46,195 bases of DNA, taken from Candidatus Thorarchaeota archaeon (GTDB lineage: Archaea; Asgardarchaeota; Thorarchaeia; Thorarchaeales; Thorarchaeaceae). Below, in pieces: positions 30,699-39,430 of the stretch. The stretch is from contig JBHLQH010000028.1 of NCBI GenBank assembly GCA_048884965.1, forward strand, positions 1-46,195, in the 5' to 3' direction. Below the pieces are notes generated by a model. It had not been told where the DNA came from, made no database searches, and was given only the letters and a program-made list of their open reading frames with translations. The translations under genes and the position numbers were made by a program. The stretch's first letter is position 1. Each line of letters opens with the position of its first letter.

Positions 30699-32804
30699 TT
30701 ATGTACTAGACTCTTCCGATTGAATTTCAGCAACCTCTTCAGATTCTATTCGTTTTAGCTCTGTTTGCAGTATCACAAACGATCCCAGAGAGATTGCAAG
30801 TAGGGTTGGGATCATTACATAATAGATGGGATTGTGTAAAACAGATTCAGTAGTATAGAAGTAATCAATGAAGAAGCAGGCATTCGCGACTCTCATTGGA
30901 TATATATTAAGGGTGAGATTTCTTACTTCTGCGAAATCTAAGACTGGATTCTCAACCAAGAAGGAGTATCTCCAGAGAATGTAGGTCAAGTTTGTGAATA
31001 AACTAGAACGAGGAATGATGCTCCCGTTGATCGGTTGACTTTCTTGAGTAACTCCTGCATAAATCAGTGATAAATGAGCGAGAGCACCAAAAGTAGGGTC
31101 CCAATCCGCTCGGATTCGAGCGATAAACTCAGTGTTGGGAGTAATTGGAAAGGAGAGATGTTTTGTGTATTGTATTGATACGTTTTCCAAGTCGCTAGAT
31201 GTATTTACCTGAGATGTGTCCCATCTAATGACACCCTTGGAATTATTCGAGTATTCATTCCATTGAACTAGTGAAGCATTCAGAAATTCATTGTCGTTAT
31301 TCAGTTTTGAATTCCAAGAGATCATGGAATCGAATTCATCACTCCATGTTCTTTCTTCATCTATGCCCAAGCCCGTGAAGTTGTCATGTGTGTAACTCGG
31401 ATAGAGAAGTAGTAGACAAAGAAGGACGGTCATACCCATCTTTCTATCTCGGATTAGCAACAAGACTGGGATTGCCCAAAGAAGGTACCATCCATAAAAC
31501 ACAGGCCTAGTGATAGTTGAAATCAACAACACTGTAAAACTTATCATTAGGAGAACTGATTCAGTGGAGGGAGTATAGGTTCTTTTCTTCAGTATTCCTC
31601 GAAATGAGTAGAACAGGATTAGAAGTCCAGTACTTACGGTCGCAATGCCGCGTACAATTCCTACATCTACCGGATACCTCCAATATACCGCCTTGGCAAA
31701 AGGAAGTAAGGGGTACAGTCCAGCACTAACACCCATCACAAGAAGAACCGAACCTAATACTAGAGAGCCCCAATGATAGGAACTGGAATTTGATTTGTCA
31801 TCATTTTGATATGTTAGCCGAATCATAATAATTATGCCTAGAAAAATGCCAGTCACAGCAAATGCGGTTACGAGGATTCGGTCCTGAGATAATCCAAATA
31901 ATGAATTTAATAATGTGAAAAAGAATCCTTGAGTTGATGATGTGGTACTATCAGGAGTTTGTGTATTCGAACCAAGGGAGAGAAGTAGGAATGGTAGAAA
32001 TGTTATTACAGCTGAAAGAATTGTTGCGAGTGTGAATTGAAAACGCTCTTTCCATTTTGGCACATAGAATAATCCAACAGGAAACAAAAGAATAGGATAG
32101 AACTTAGTTGCTGCGGCTAATCCAAGAAAAACACCTGATAGACGATATCTCGACCCGAGTATCATGTACAGACTAAGAAGAAGTAGCAGACTAACCAAAG
32201 GTTCAAAGTGTCCATTCCAACCCGATTCAATGACCGAGATTGGCAAAAGTGCATACGCAAAAGATCCCAATGTTGCATATCTCTTATCCGTGCGATGTGC
32301 GGCGATTTTCCAAATCATCAATACAATACCGATATCCAGAATACTAGCTAGAATCCTGAATGAATCAACGGTGGGTGCGAGCACGCCAACTGCATATATG
32401 AAATAGGCAAACAAAGGTGGGTAAGGAAAGTAGAATTCGAAATACGGAAGATTTCCAGATAGCATATATTTACCGAAATCAAGGTACCAAAGGGAATCCA
32501 AGGAGATATAGGTATCCAGATTGAGAAAAACAAATCGGATTCCTATTGTCAGTAGGATAAGTGCTGCTAATCCAAGGGGATGACGAATCAATGGTTCACC
32601 TGATTCACGTTGCATCTTCAACACAACGGTCAGACTAAAGATATAGATTGCAATCCAAACATATACTACAATGAAAAAAGGATACATCTGACTCCCGACA
32701 GAACGCAGAATAAAAGCCATAATGAAATTCAAGAAAAGCGAAAGAATAAGGATGACATGGAGGAAACTTGGCATTCCTTCAACACCCAATCTTTTGAGTC
32801 TCAA
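30699..32804 (-). CDS. GT87/PIG-M-like GT-C glycosyltransferase with extracellular beta-rich domain and C-terminal TM
   Basis: PYFEFYFPYPPLF, NGHFEPL, GLAAATKFYPILL, TFLPF, WYLLWAIP, then ~180 aa soluble domain and one TM helix. Confidence 0.72.
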   Translation of the reverse strand: MRLKRLGVEGMPSFLHVILILSLFLNFIMAFILRSVGSQMYPFFIVVYVWIAIYIFSLTVVLKMQRESGEPLIRHPLGLAALILLTIGIRFVFLNLDTYISLDSLWYLDFGKYMLSGNLPYFEFYFPYPPLFAYFIYAVGVLAPTVDSFRILASILDIGIVLMIWKIAAHRTDKRYATLGSFAYALLPISVIESGWNGHFEPLVSLLLLLSLYMILGSRYRLSGVFLGLAAATKFYPILLFPVGLFYVPKWKERFQFTLATILSAVITFLPFLLLSLGSNTQTPDSTTSSTQGFFFTLLNSLFGLSQDRILVTAFAVTGIFLGIIIMIRLTYQNDDKSNSSSYHWGSLVLGSVLLVMGVSAGLYPLLPFAKAVYWRYPVDVGIVRGIATVSTGLLILFYSFRGILKKRTYTPSTESVLLMISFTVLLISTITRPVFYGWYLLWAIPVLLLIRDRKMGMTVLLCLLLLYPSYTHDNFTGLGIDEERTWSDEFDSMISWNSKLNNDNEFLNASLVQWNEYSNNSKGVIRWDTSQVNTSSDLENVSIQYTKHLSFPITPNTEFIARIRADWDPTFGALAHLSLIYAGVTQESQPINGSIIPRSSLFTNLTYILWRYSFLVENPVLDFAEVRNLTLNIYPMRVANACFFIDYFYTTESVLHNPIYYVMIPTLLAISLGSFVILQTELKRIESEEVAEIQSEESST

Positions 32805-32816
32805 GATATCTCCCTC

Positions 32817-33497
32817 TCATTTTCTTCGTAGGAACAACCTGAGGACAAGTTCCAAGAACAAGAATATTGTTCCACCAGCAAGTTTACTCTTTCCTTTTGT
32901 ACGATCCCTGAAGATGATGGGGACTTCTGCAACACGGAGATAACGATTCTTCACAATCATTTCAAGAAGGAACTTATAGTCAGCATGTTCTATTCCTTTT
33001 GAGAGAAGTGCAGAGCTCCTGCATGCAACAAATCCAGTCATAGGATCTTTCACTTTTACAGAGAGCAAGATCCTAGCTAATAGCGTCGCCACTTTACTAA
33101 CTAGAACGCGTTTCACGGGCCAGCCTTTGGTTGCTCCTCCTGGTACATATCTGGAGCCAATTGCCAAGTCATACCCTGCATCCAGCTTCTCAAACAGCAA
33201 AGGCAAGTATCTCGGATCGTGAGATAGATCTGCATCCATGACTGCAACATATCCATCCTTCACATCAGCTGCACCCCTCCTAACTGCACTACTCAAACCT
33301 CTCTCCTTTGTACGAACGATGAGTTTTACACCAGGATGTTTTGCTCCAAGATTCGTCACAACTTTCTGTGTGCCATCGGTGCTAGCATCATCGACAACTA
33401 TCACATGTGTTCCTTCGTCTAAAGAAGAATATATACCTGATATCAATCTGCCAATGTTTTGCTCCTCGTTAAGGGTAGGAATAATGACTGTTTGCAA
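32817..33497 (-). CDS. Polyprenol/dolichol-phosphate hexose (mannose) synthase, DPM1-like GT2
   Basis: IPTLNEE, VDDASTDGT, RGLSSA, MDADLSHDP, GSRYVPGG, DPMTGF, EVPIIFRDR..GKSKL. Confidence 0.93.
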   Translation of the reverse strand: MQTVIIPTLNEEQNIGRLISGIYSSLDEGTHVIVVDDASTDGTQKVVTNLGAKHPGVKLIVRTKERGLSSAVRRGAADVKDGYVAVMDADLSHDPRYLPLLFEKLDAGYDLAIGSRYVPGGATKGWPVKRVLVSKVATLLARILLSVKVKDPMTGFVACRSSALLSKGIEHADYKFLLEMIVKNRYLRVAEVPIIFRDRTKGKSKLAGGTIFLFLELVLRLFLRRK

Positions 33498-33586
33498 AGT
33501 GGATTCCTCATATGATAGTTACATTGTGGATGCATTATTCATTATGAATTTACTGGCAATTTAATCGAGGATGGTACTCCTATGTT

Positions 33587-34435
33587 CTATGTCATTGCCT
33601 TCCTAGCTTGCTCGATACCCTTGAGGTCATTGACAGGAATCCATGTATTGGAAGGTATGTTAATCGCAAACAATCGCCCTTCTTTTGCAAGGATTGGACA
33701 AATGACATTCTCAAATGATGATTCGACCTCCAAAGAAACATATCTCTTGAAATAATCAAACACTTCAGGCGCAAAAATAGTGATTCCAGTATGAGCGGGG
33801 ATTGCGATCAAAGGATATTTTGTCACATCAAGAACTTTCCCCTTTCTGATAATCATTCCTGAATATTGAAAGGGAGTTTCTGGTACAACAACGAAAGTAC
33901 CTATGCAACCATTCTTCTGAGCCCTTAGATAGCCTTCAACAAAAATCTCGCCATAGGGTCTACTGGTGCCAATAATCATGTCATCAGGATTATGAATGAT
34001 ACTAGCCTTGTTTTCGTCAATGGTACCATTATTCAAGGCGTGTAAAATTGCACCTGCATTTCCGACCTTTCGACCATCAGGATCCATCGAGTATTTTACC
34101 TCAACCCCCCATCGAGATCCATCTCCTAGATGTTTCTCTACCTTCTCAGCTAGGAATCCCGTAAGCACGGCGAATTTCTTGATACCAATCTCTGCATAGT
34201 TACGAACAGTCCTCTCAATCATACTTTCCTTCCCATCGACCGAGATCATCACCTTGTTTATGCCCTCGCTCTGAGTTTCAGCCCTAATTCGTGTCCCTTT
34301 TCCTCCTGCGGGTATCACAACCTGCATCCGAGGTGTCATCTGTTTGATGTCGTCAGTCGTGACAACAGTTGTAGTATCCTCAGTATTCACGCGTGATTTG
34401 AATTCAGCCATGATTGAGTCAAGAGTGTCTGTCAT
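33587..34435 (-). CDS. Sugar-phosphate nucleotidyltransferase (Man-1-P guanylyltransferase-like)
   Basis: IPAGGKGTR, HLGDGSRWG, GNAGA, NPDD, SFE, WIPVN. ATG 34435 preferred (GAGGA and a TATA-like box upstream). Confidence 0.82.
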   Translation of the reverse strand: MTDTLDSIMAEFKSRVNTEDTTTVVTTDDIKQMTPRMQVVIPAGGKGTRIRAETQSEGINKVMISVDGKESMIERTVRNYAEIGIKKFAVLTGFLAEKVEKHLGDGSRWGVEVKYSMDPDGRKVGNAGAILHALNNGTIDENKASIIHNPDDMIIGTSRPYGEIFVEGYLRAQKNGCIGTFVVVPETPFQYSGMIIRKGKVLDVTKYPLIAIPAHTGITIFAPEVFDYFKRYVSLEVESSFENVICPILAKEGRLFAINIPSNTWIPVNDLKGIEQARKAMT

Positions 34436-34466
34436 AAAATCCTCGCACCGTCCTCTGTCCTTGTCG

Positions 34467-34481
34467 TTCAAAAGAGTTTCC
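34467..34481 (-). promoter_or_regulatory. Putative BRE/TATA-like promoter element
   Basis: GGAAACTCTTTTGAA ends 31 nt before ATG 34435; 13/15 identical to the 28102 element. Confidence 0.45.
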
Positions 34482-34494
34482 ATACCATTAGTGT

Positions 34495-34986
34495 CTATTC
34501 AGAGATAGAAGCCCTGTAGTAGTTCCTGATGAATAAATAACATAGTGCTATCGAGAGAAGAGCTAGACCAAGAAGAGGATATATCGGGTAGTCAGGCCAT
34601 AGTAGGTGAAATGAAAATGGGATTCTCAAGGGAAATAATAGGTATAGACCAAGCTCTTCCCAAGGATACATTATCATATCAAGAAGAAGGTGTGCCTGCG
34701 TTCCAACAAGGAGGTACATGAAACGATACTTTCGAGTGAGAAACGCCTCATCAAACAAGCTAGCTGCTGCATACGAGAGCAAGATAGCTCCTAGAACCGA
34801 GTGGAATGCCATAGTCAAACCTATGTTTCCATATCCAACAAAATCGAGTAGCCAAGTAAGTGGACGTTCAATATCAATCAATATTGAGCCCAGAATAATC
34901 ATAATGGATGACTCATCCTTAATTGAACCTCTCACAAAAAGGGCTAGGGCTGCACCTATGAAGATATGAGTCAGAATATCAGGCAT
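34495..34986 (-). CDS. Membrane-bound metal-dependent hydrolase (YdjM/DUF457-like)
   Basis: MPDILTH, GSILIDI, FHS, HLLLD, LLFP: the His/Asp pattern of this family, set in TM helices. Confidence 0.75.
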   Translation of the reverse strand: MPDILTHIFIGAALALFVRGSIKDESSIMIILGSILIDIERPLTWLLDFVGYGNIGLTMAFHSVLGAILLSYAAASLFDEAFLTRKYRFMYLLVGTQAHLLLDMIMYPWEELGLYLLFPLRIPFSFHLLWPDYPIYPLLGLALLSIALCYLFIRNYYRASISE

Positions 34987-35464
34987 TGGAGTTATCCCTC
35001 CTCAGAAAGCACATTCCTGATCTGCTAAAACGATACATTCGGAAAAAGAGCACTATGAAAAGAAGAACTCCAGGAATCGACCATCTCAAGGAAACCAATG
35101 AGTCATTCACTTTGAGTTCTGTGACAAGAATATATCCTTTGGTGACTATCCAAGAAACGCCTCTAACAACGACTGAATCGCCCTGATGAAGTTGTTGTAT
35201 CTCAAATGAGCATACCAGATGAGTGCCTTCATTCGAGATGTAGTAGAGGTGTGATTCATTCTCTTGAATGAGTGAGGCTATTTTCATGCGAATCGTAACA
35301 CGGGCCCCTTCAAACATATCAGGATGGCCAGCAAGATAGCACTCATCAATCTCTTGAAAGCTTGTAATGCCTGGAGTGAGTATAGGCATGTTATAGAATA
35401 GTATTCCAGCACATATCAGCAGCAATACAGGAAGAGAAGCCTCAACTATATGCCTATGATTCAA
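34979..35464 (-). CDS. Hypothetical membrane protein (two TM flanking a small beta-rich, possibly OB-fold domain)
   Basis: N- and C-terminal hydrophobic helices; HPDMFEGARVTI and GDSVVVRG; overlaps the next gene by 8 bp. Confidence 0.55.
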   Translation of the reverse strand: MNHRHIVEASLPVLLLICAGILFYNMPILTPGITSFQEIDECYLAGHPDMFEGARVTIRMKIASLIQENESHLYYISNEGTHLVCSFEIQQLHQGDSVVVRGVSWIVTKGYILVTELKVNDSLVSLRWSIPGVLLFIVLFFRMYRFSRSGMCFLRRDNSNA

Positions 35465-35498
35465 TTGAACTCACCGTGACTCCTGTGAGAACATGTGC

Positions 35499-35735
35499 TT
35501 ATTGCTTTTCCATCTGATCAGCCATGGATGCCATCTCTTCAAAGAGTGCAAGGGTCTTCTTGGCTTCCTCGGGATTCAGTTTTTCTATAGCATAGCCAGT
35601 ATGGACGATAACATATTCGTCAACAACCAGGTCAGGTAATAGTGAAACACACACTCTTCGCTTAACGCCACCAAAATCGACTTCTGCGAATTCACCATCA
35701 ATTGAAAGCACTAGACCAGGCACCGCTAGACACAT
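35499..35735 (-). CDS. hypC: [NiFe]-hydrogenase maturation chaperone HypC
   Basis: MCLAVPG, AEVDFGGV, YVIVHTGYAI, EEAKKTL. Confidence 0.96.
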   Translation of the reverse strand: MCLAVPGLVLSIDGEFAEVDFGGVKRRVCVSLLPDLVVDEYVIVHTGYAIEKLNPEEAKKTLALFEEMASMADQMEKQ

Positions 35736-35802
35736 GAGTGTTCACATGATTTCTCGTTCCTAATACTCTTTTAATCTTGTGACATGTTCATACGAGTAGA
35801 TA

Positions 35803-36903
35803 CTAACTAACAGTCCGCCAATAGATGCCCAATTCATCAGCCCTCTCGAAGGCTAAGCGCATTTCCTCATTACTTACCCGTCTGGATATGTCTCTATAAT
35901 CATCGGGATTTCGTCTGACTCTATGCTCAGGTCGATACTGAGCCATGATGTTGACCATGCAATTCGGTAGGTTCTCCGACACCCATTCAAGAATCGGAAA
36001 GGTGCAGCAAACCGTATGGTTAGGAAGTACGAGATGACGGATGATCACTTCACCATTCTGATATGCGATCAAGTGGTTCCTTGACACGATATCGAAGTAC
36101 CTCTCGACTCCCGACAATCGCTTGGCGCACTCGTTGTTGCCATACTTGAAGTCTGGGAGCCATACATCCATTAGGTCAGCGATAAGAGCCATTGCCTCGG
36201 AAGAACCATACATACTCGAGTTCCATAGCTGGGTGATATTCGAGGTCTGGTATGTGAGGGAGCCAATGATGTTGTGAGTGTTTGGTACCGGATCCCCGCC
36301 CACGTAGTTGATGTTCAAAGCTCCATCCTGGCTAAGTCGTTCAGCGAGCAGGGCAAGTTCCTGTTCACTTATCACTCGTCCAGAGTTCGGGTTCGTAGAG
36401 ATATCCTCATTCTGACAGAAGGCACAGGCTAAGCAGCAGGAGGAGAAGAAGATGGTCCCACTGGGAACGAGAGGCGGCTCCTCACCTGTGTGAAGAAAAG
36501 CTGATGACACGCGGGACTCTTCACCAAGCTTGCACCATCCCCTTTGTCCAGCAGTCCTATCAGAGCCGCATCGTCTCTCACATAGATGACAGTCCTTGAT
36601 GATGCGTCGAGCAAGCTCCACCTTCAGATCCAAGAAGCTCCTCTGAAGCTCATCAGGCTCTTGACGCTGCGCACCAGAGTCGATGTGCTTGACATATGCA
36701 ATGAACTTGTGGTGCAACTCAGAATGTGCGGCCCACAGGAACTGGTCGGATTCATCTAATCGCGTGTCACACGGAAGGTCTTTAGCTAGGAGATACTTTG
36801 CCCATCGTTTTCCATCGATGACATCACGGTATCTTGAGAGGCGCCTGACGGTCTCAGGGTCTTTCCAAGCCTTGATGGCATCAGGTCGTAGCATCTTCCA
36901 CAT
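35803..36903 (-). CDS. PflX-like radical SAM protein
   Basis: CHLCERRC..R..GWC, HTGEEPPLVPSGTIFF, CxxxCxxC (CCLACAFC)QN, WNS, DFKYGN, RHLVLP, QYRP. Confidence 0.9.
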   Translation of the reverse strand: MWKMLRPDAIKAWKDPETVRRLSRYRDVIDGKRWAKYLLAKDLPCDTRLDESDQFLWAAHSELHHKFIAYVKHIDSGAQRQEPDELQRSFLDLKVELARRIIKDCHLCERRCGSDRTAGQRGWCKLGEESRVSSAFLHTGEEPPLVPSGTIFFSSCCLACAFCQNEDISTNPNSGRVISEQELALLAERLSQDGALNINYVGGDPVPNTHNIIGSLTYQTSNITQLWNSSMYGSSEAMALIADLMDVWLPDFKYGNNECAKRLSGVERYFDIVSRNHLIAYQNGEVIIRHLVLPNHTVCCTFPILEWVSENLPNCMVNIMAQYRPEHRVRRNPDDYRDISRRVSNEEMRLAFERADELGIYWRTVS

Positions 36904-36947
36904 GACAACGGAATCTAGTCCTCAAGATGTTAAAAGCTCTATGAAGC

Positions 36948-37922
36948 TCAAAGGAGGTAGTAGGTGTTCGCATTCTTGATGAGGTAGTGTATCGTAGCCA
37001 TAAGAACCGCGACTCTCCTAGAGAGCCATCTATGATAGTAACGAAGGTTTGATGTGATGATGGAATCGTCCAGTGAAAGACCTTCTTGCGTGGAAGGAGC
37101 GAAGAAGATTGGTACCCCCTTTTGGACAAGATCCTTCGTCAAGAACCACTCTCGATACTCTGCAGCAGTCTCTGTATTCCGGTCGGGTCGCTGAAAGTTG
37201 TCAAGCGATCCCCAGTTAAGGGCCAGTACGCCATCAATGTCATCGAATGCATTTGCAAACTCGGTCGTATGCTCTATGATCGTCCCCTTCTCCGTCGCCA
37301 GAGCATCCGCTTCACGGCGGACTCGGTTCAGGAGGGAGAAGCTCGAAGGTGAAACGACATTAATGTTCGCCCCAAGCAATGGGAGCATCATGAGAAGGGA
37401 GTGAGGGATGTTGGGGGAGGTAAAACGGGTCCCAAAGACCCAAGAGATGGCTATCCTCTTTCCCCTCAGAGAGGGCATGGCACGCTGTAGACCGAGTATC
37501 TCTCCGAGAGCACCTTGTGATGAGTATACATCATCCGAATAATTGAGAAACGACCTTGCTGGGTCATTAGCGTGATCCTCAACCAGTCGTCTACCATTCC
37601 CGAAACTCTCAATGTCATGGAATGAAGTGAGGACCATATCCACAGTATCCTCAGCGATGAGAATCTGATGGTCTAACTCCGTCCTACTATATACGCCGTC
37701 CAAGAATGATGATAGATCGATTCGCGGAATTCCCATTCGGGCAAGAGCCGCTTTGATTGTTAGAATATCATCATGGATTGCATTCCTAAAGAGAGTTCCA
37801 ATGACTCTTGGCATCTCAAGGTTCTTTGTGTCAAGTTGCCAAGTATCAACTACAGAGCTTGCAGTCCGGAGTATGGAATTGACTACTTCGAATGTATAGT
37901 GATTCATTTCAGTGGAACTCAT
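36948..37922 (-). CDS. Degenerate ornithine/YgeW-type carbamoyltransferase homolog
   Basis: LRGKRIAISW...PHSLL, GANINVVSP..F, AFDDIDGV..NWG and EW follow the transcarbamylase layout, but STRT, HPxQ and HCLP are absent. Confidence 0.65.
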   Translation of the reverse strand: MSSTEMNHYTFEVVNSILRTASSVVDTWQLDTKNLEMPRVIGTLFRNAIHDDILTIKAALARMGIPRIDLSSFLDGVYSRTELDHQILIAEDTVDMVLTSFHDIESFGNGRRLVEDHANDPARSFLNYSDDVYSSQGALGEILGLQRAMPSLRGKRIAISWVFGTRFTSPNIPHSLLMMLPLLGANINVVSPSSFSLLNRVRREADALATEKGTIIEHTTEFANAFDDIDGVLALNWGSLDNFQRPDRNTETAAEYREWFLTKDLVQKGVPIFFAPSTQEGLSLDDSIITSNLRYYHRWLSRRVAVLMATIHYLIKNANTYYLL

Positions 37923-38042
37923 CGGTCGTCATTCTTACGATACAGTGCTCGCTCATTAGCCTTCTGGGAGTTCCAGATTATTAGAAATGTAGCAAACCAT
38001 ATCAAGGCATTGTCTTGATTTGGATACAGGAGTTGCGCCAAT

Positions 38043-39407
38043 ATGCCAGTAAACCCGATCGATTATGGTAGATACGGACATCTTGAGATGGTCACACTCT
38101 TTGAAGAAGAGTTCCGGCATAGCCTCTGGCTGCGTGTAGAGAGCACAGTCGCCAAGGTTCAAGCAGACCTAGAGATGATACCAAAAGAAGCGGCTCAGGA
38201 TATTCAGGATACCGCCACTCCTTCAAAGGTCACCTTGGCAAGAACAATGGAAATCGAGAACCGCACACGACACGATGTCGCAGCCCTGTTCGAAGCTATC
38301 GCAGAGAAGTGCGAGGGTGTAGGGTCTCGATGGGTCCACTTCGGACTTACAAGCAATGATGTAAAGGATACAGCTTTGGGTATGCAGTTGAAAGCCGCGT
38401 ATGACGTGCTGATACCCCAAGTGGATCTATTATGCAAAGCGCTAGCTGCTAGGGCACAAGAAACGAAGGACTTACTTGCGATAGGAAGGTCCCACGGGCA
38501 GCATGCGGTGCCCATAACCTATGGCCTTCGGTTCAGCGTGTGGCTTGATGAGATACTGAGACATCGAGCCCGATTGATAACTGCTAGGCAGAACGTATCA
38601 ATTGGCAAGATCGCGGGAGCGACGGGTAGCCATGCTGCTCTTGGTCCTATTGGACTTAAACTCCAGCAGCAGGTAATGGAACACCTGGGACTTGATACGC
38701 CGATTGCCACAACACAGATCATTCAGAGGGACAGGCATGCTGAAGCGATTCTGGGATTAGCGAACCTAGTGGCTTCCCTTGATAAATTCGCCACAGACCT
38801 ACGAGCTTTACAGAGGACTGAGATTGGAGAAACTTTCGAGCCCTTTGCACGCGGAAAGCAGGTTGGCTCCTCCGCGATGCCACACAAGAGGAATCCTGTG
38901 ACATGTGAGAAGATCTCAGGGCTGGCACGATTCGTTCGAAGCCTTGCAGCACCAGCTCTTGAGAATGTGATTAGCTGGGAAGAACGAGACATATCTCACT
39001 CGTCTACGGAACGATTCATCCTGCCACAGGCGTTCATACTATCAGACTACCTGATTCGTGAGATGACAAGAGTGATCGAGGGGCTTGAGATCGATAGAGA
39101 GGCTGTGAACAGGAACCTCGAAGGATCGAACGAATCTACCCTGAGTGAGTACATTCTCACGCAGCTCACGAAAGCAGGGATGGAGCGTCCGAAGGCTCAT
39201 GAGATCCTTCGTAATCTGAACATTCGCGCCCGGGACCAAAACGTAACCCTGTTTAGTATCATTCAGACAGATGAGGAAACCGCAAAGGTTTTCGCGAAGG
39301 CTGAAGTGGATGTAGAGAAATACTACGAGTCCATCAGGGAAACATCTCGAAGCATTGTCGAAGCGGCAGTGCGAAAGTACAATGAAGCAGTCGACACGAC
39401 AGAGTAA
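38043..39407 (+). CDS. purB: Adenylosuccinate lyase
   Basis: TRHDV, HFGLTSND, GRSHGQHA, GATG, GSSAMPHKRNP, ERDISHS. Confidence 0.96.
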   Translation: MPVNPIDYGRYGHLEMVTLFEEEFRHSLWLRVESTVAKVQADLEMIPKEAAQDIQDTATPSKVTLARTMEIENRTRHDVAALFEAIAEKCEGVGSRWVHFGLTSNDVKDTALGMQLKAAYDVLIPQVDLLCKALAARAQETKDLLAIGRSHGQHAVPITYGLRFSVWLDEILRHRARLITARQNVSIGKIAGATGSHAALGPIGLKLQQQVMEHLGLDTPIATTQIIQRDRHAEAILGLANLVASLDKFATDLRALQRTEIGETFEPFARGKQVGSSAMPHKRNPVTCEKISGLARFVRSLAAPALENVISWEERDISHSSTERFILPQAFILSDYLIREMTRVIEGLEIDREAVNRNLEGSNESTLSEYILTQLTKAGMERPKAHEILRNLNIRARDQNVTLFSIIQTDEETAKVFAKAEVDVEKYYESIRETSRSIVEAAVRKYNEAVDTTE

Positions 39408-39430
39408 AATGCACATAGACATCCGGAGAA

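Larger units (their letters stand above)
1..34435. other. Surface glycan / N-glycosylation biosynthesis island (continues beyond left edge)
   Basis: About 24 consecutive sugar-related genes, AT-rich relative to the right-hand region. Confidence 0.88.

Noticed and set aside
36948-37922. Labelling as argF/pyrB or as a pseudogene
   Set aside because: Catalytic motifs are absent, so it is not argF/pyrB; the frame is intact and full-length, so there is no direct evidence of pseudogenisation.
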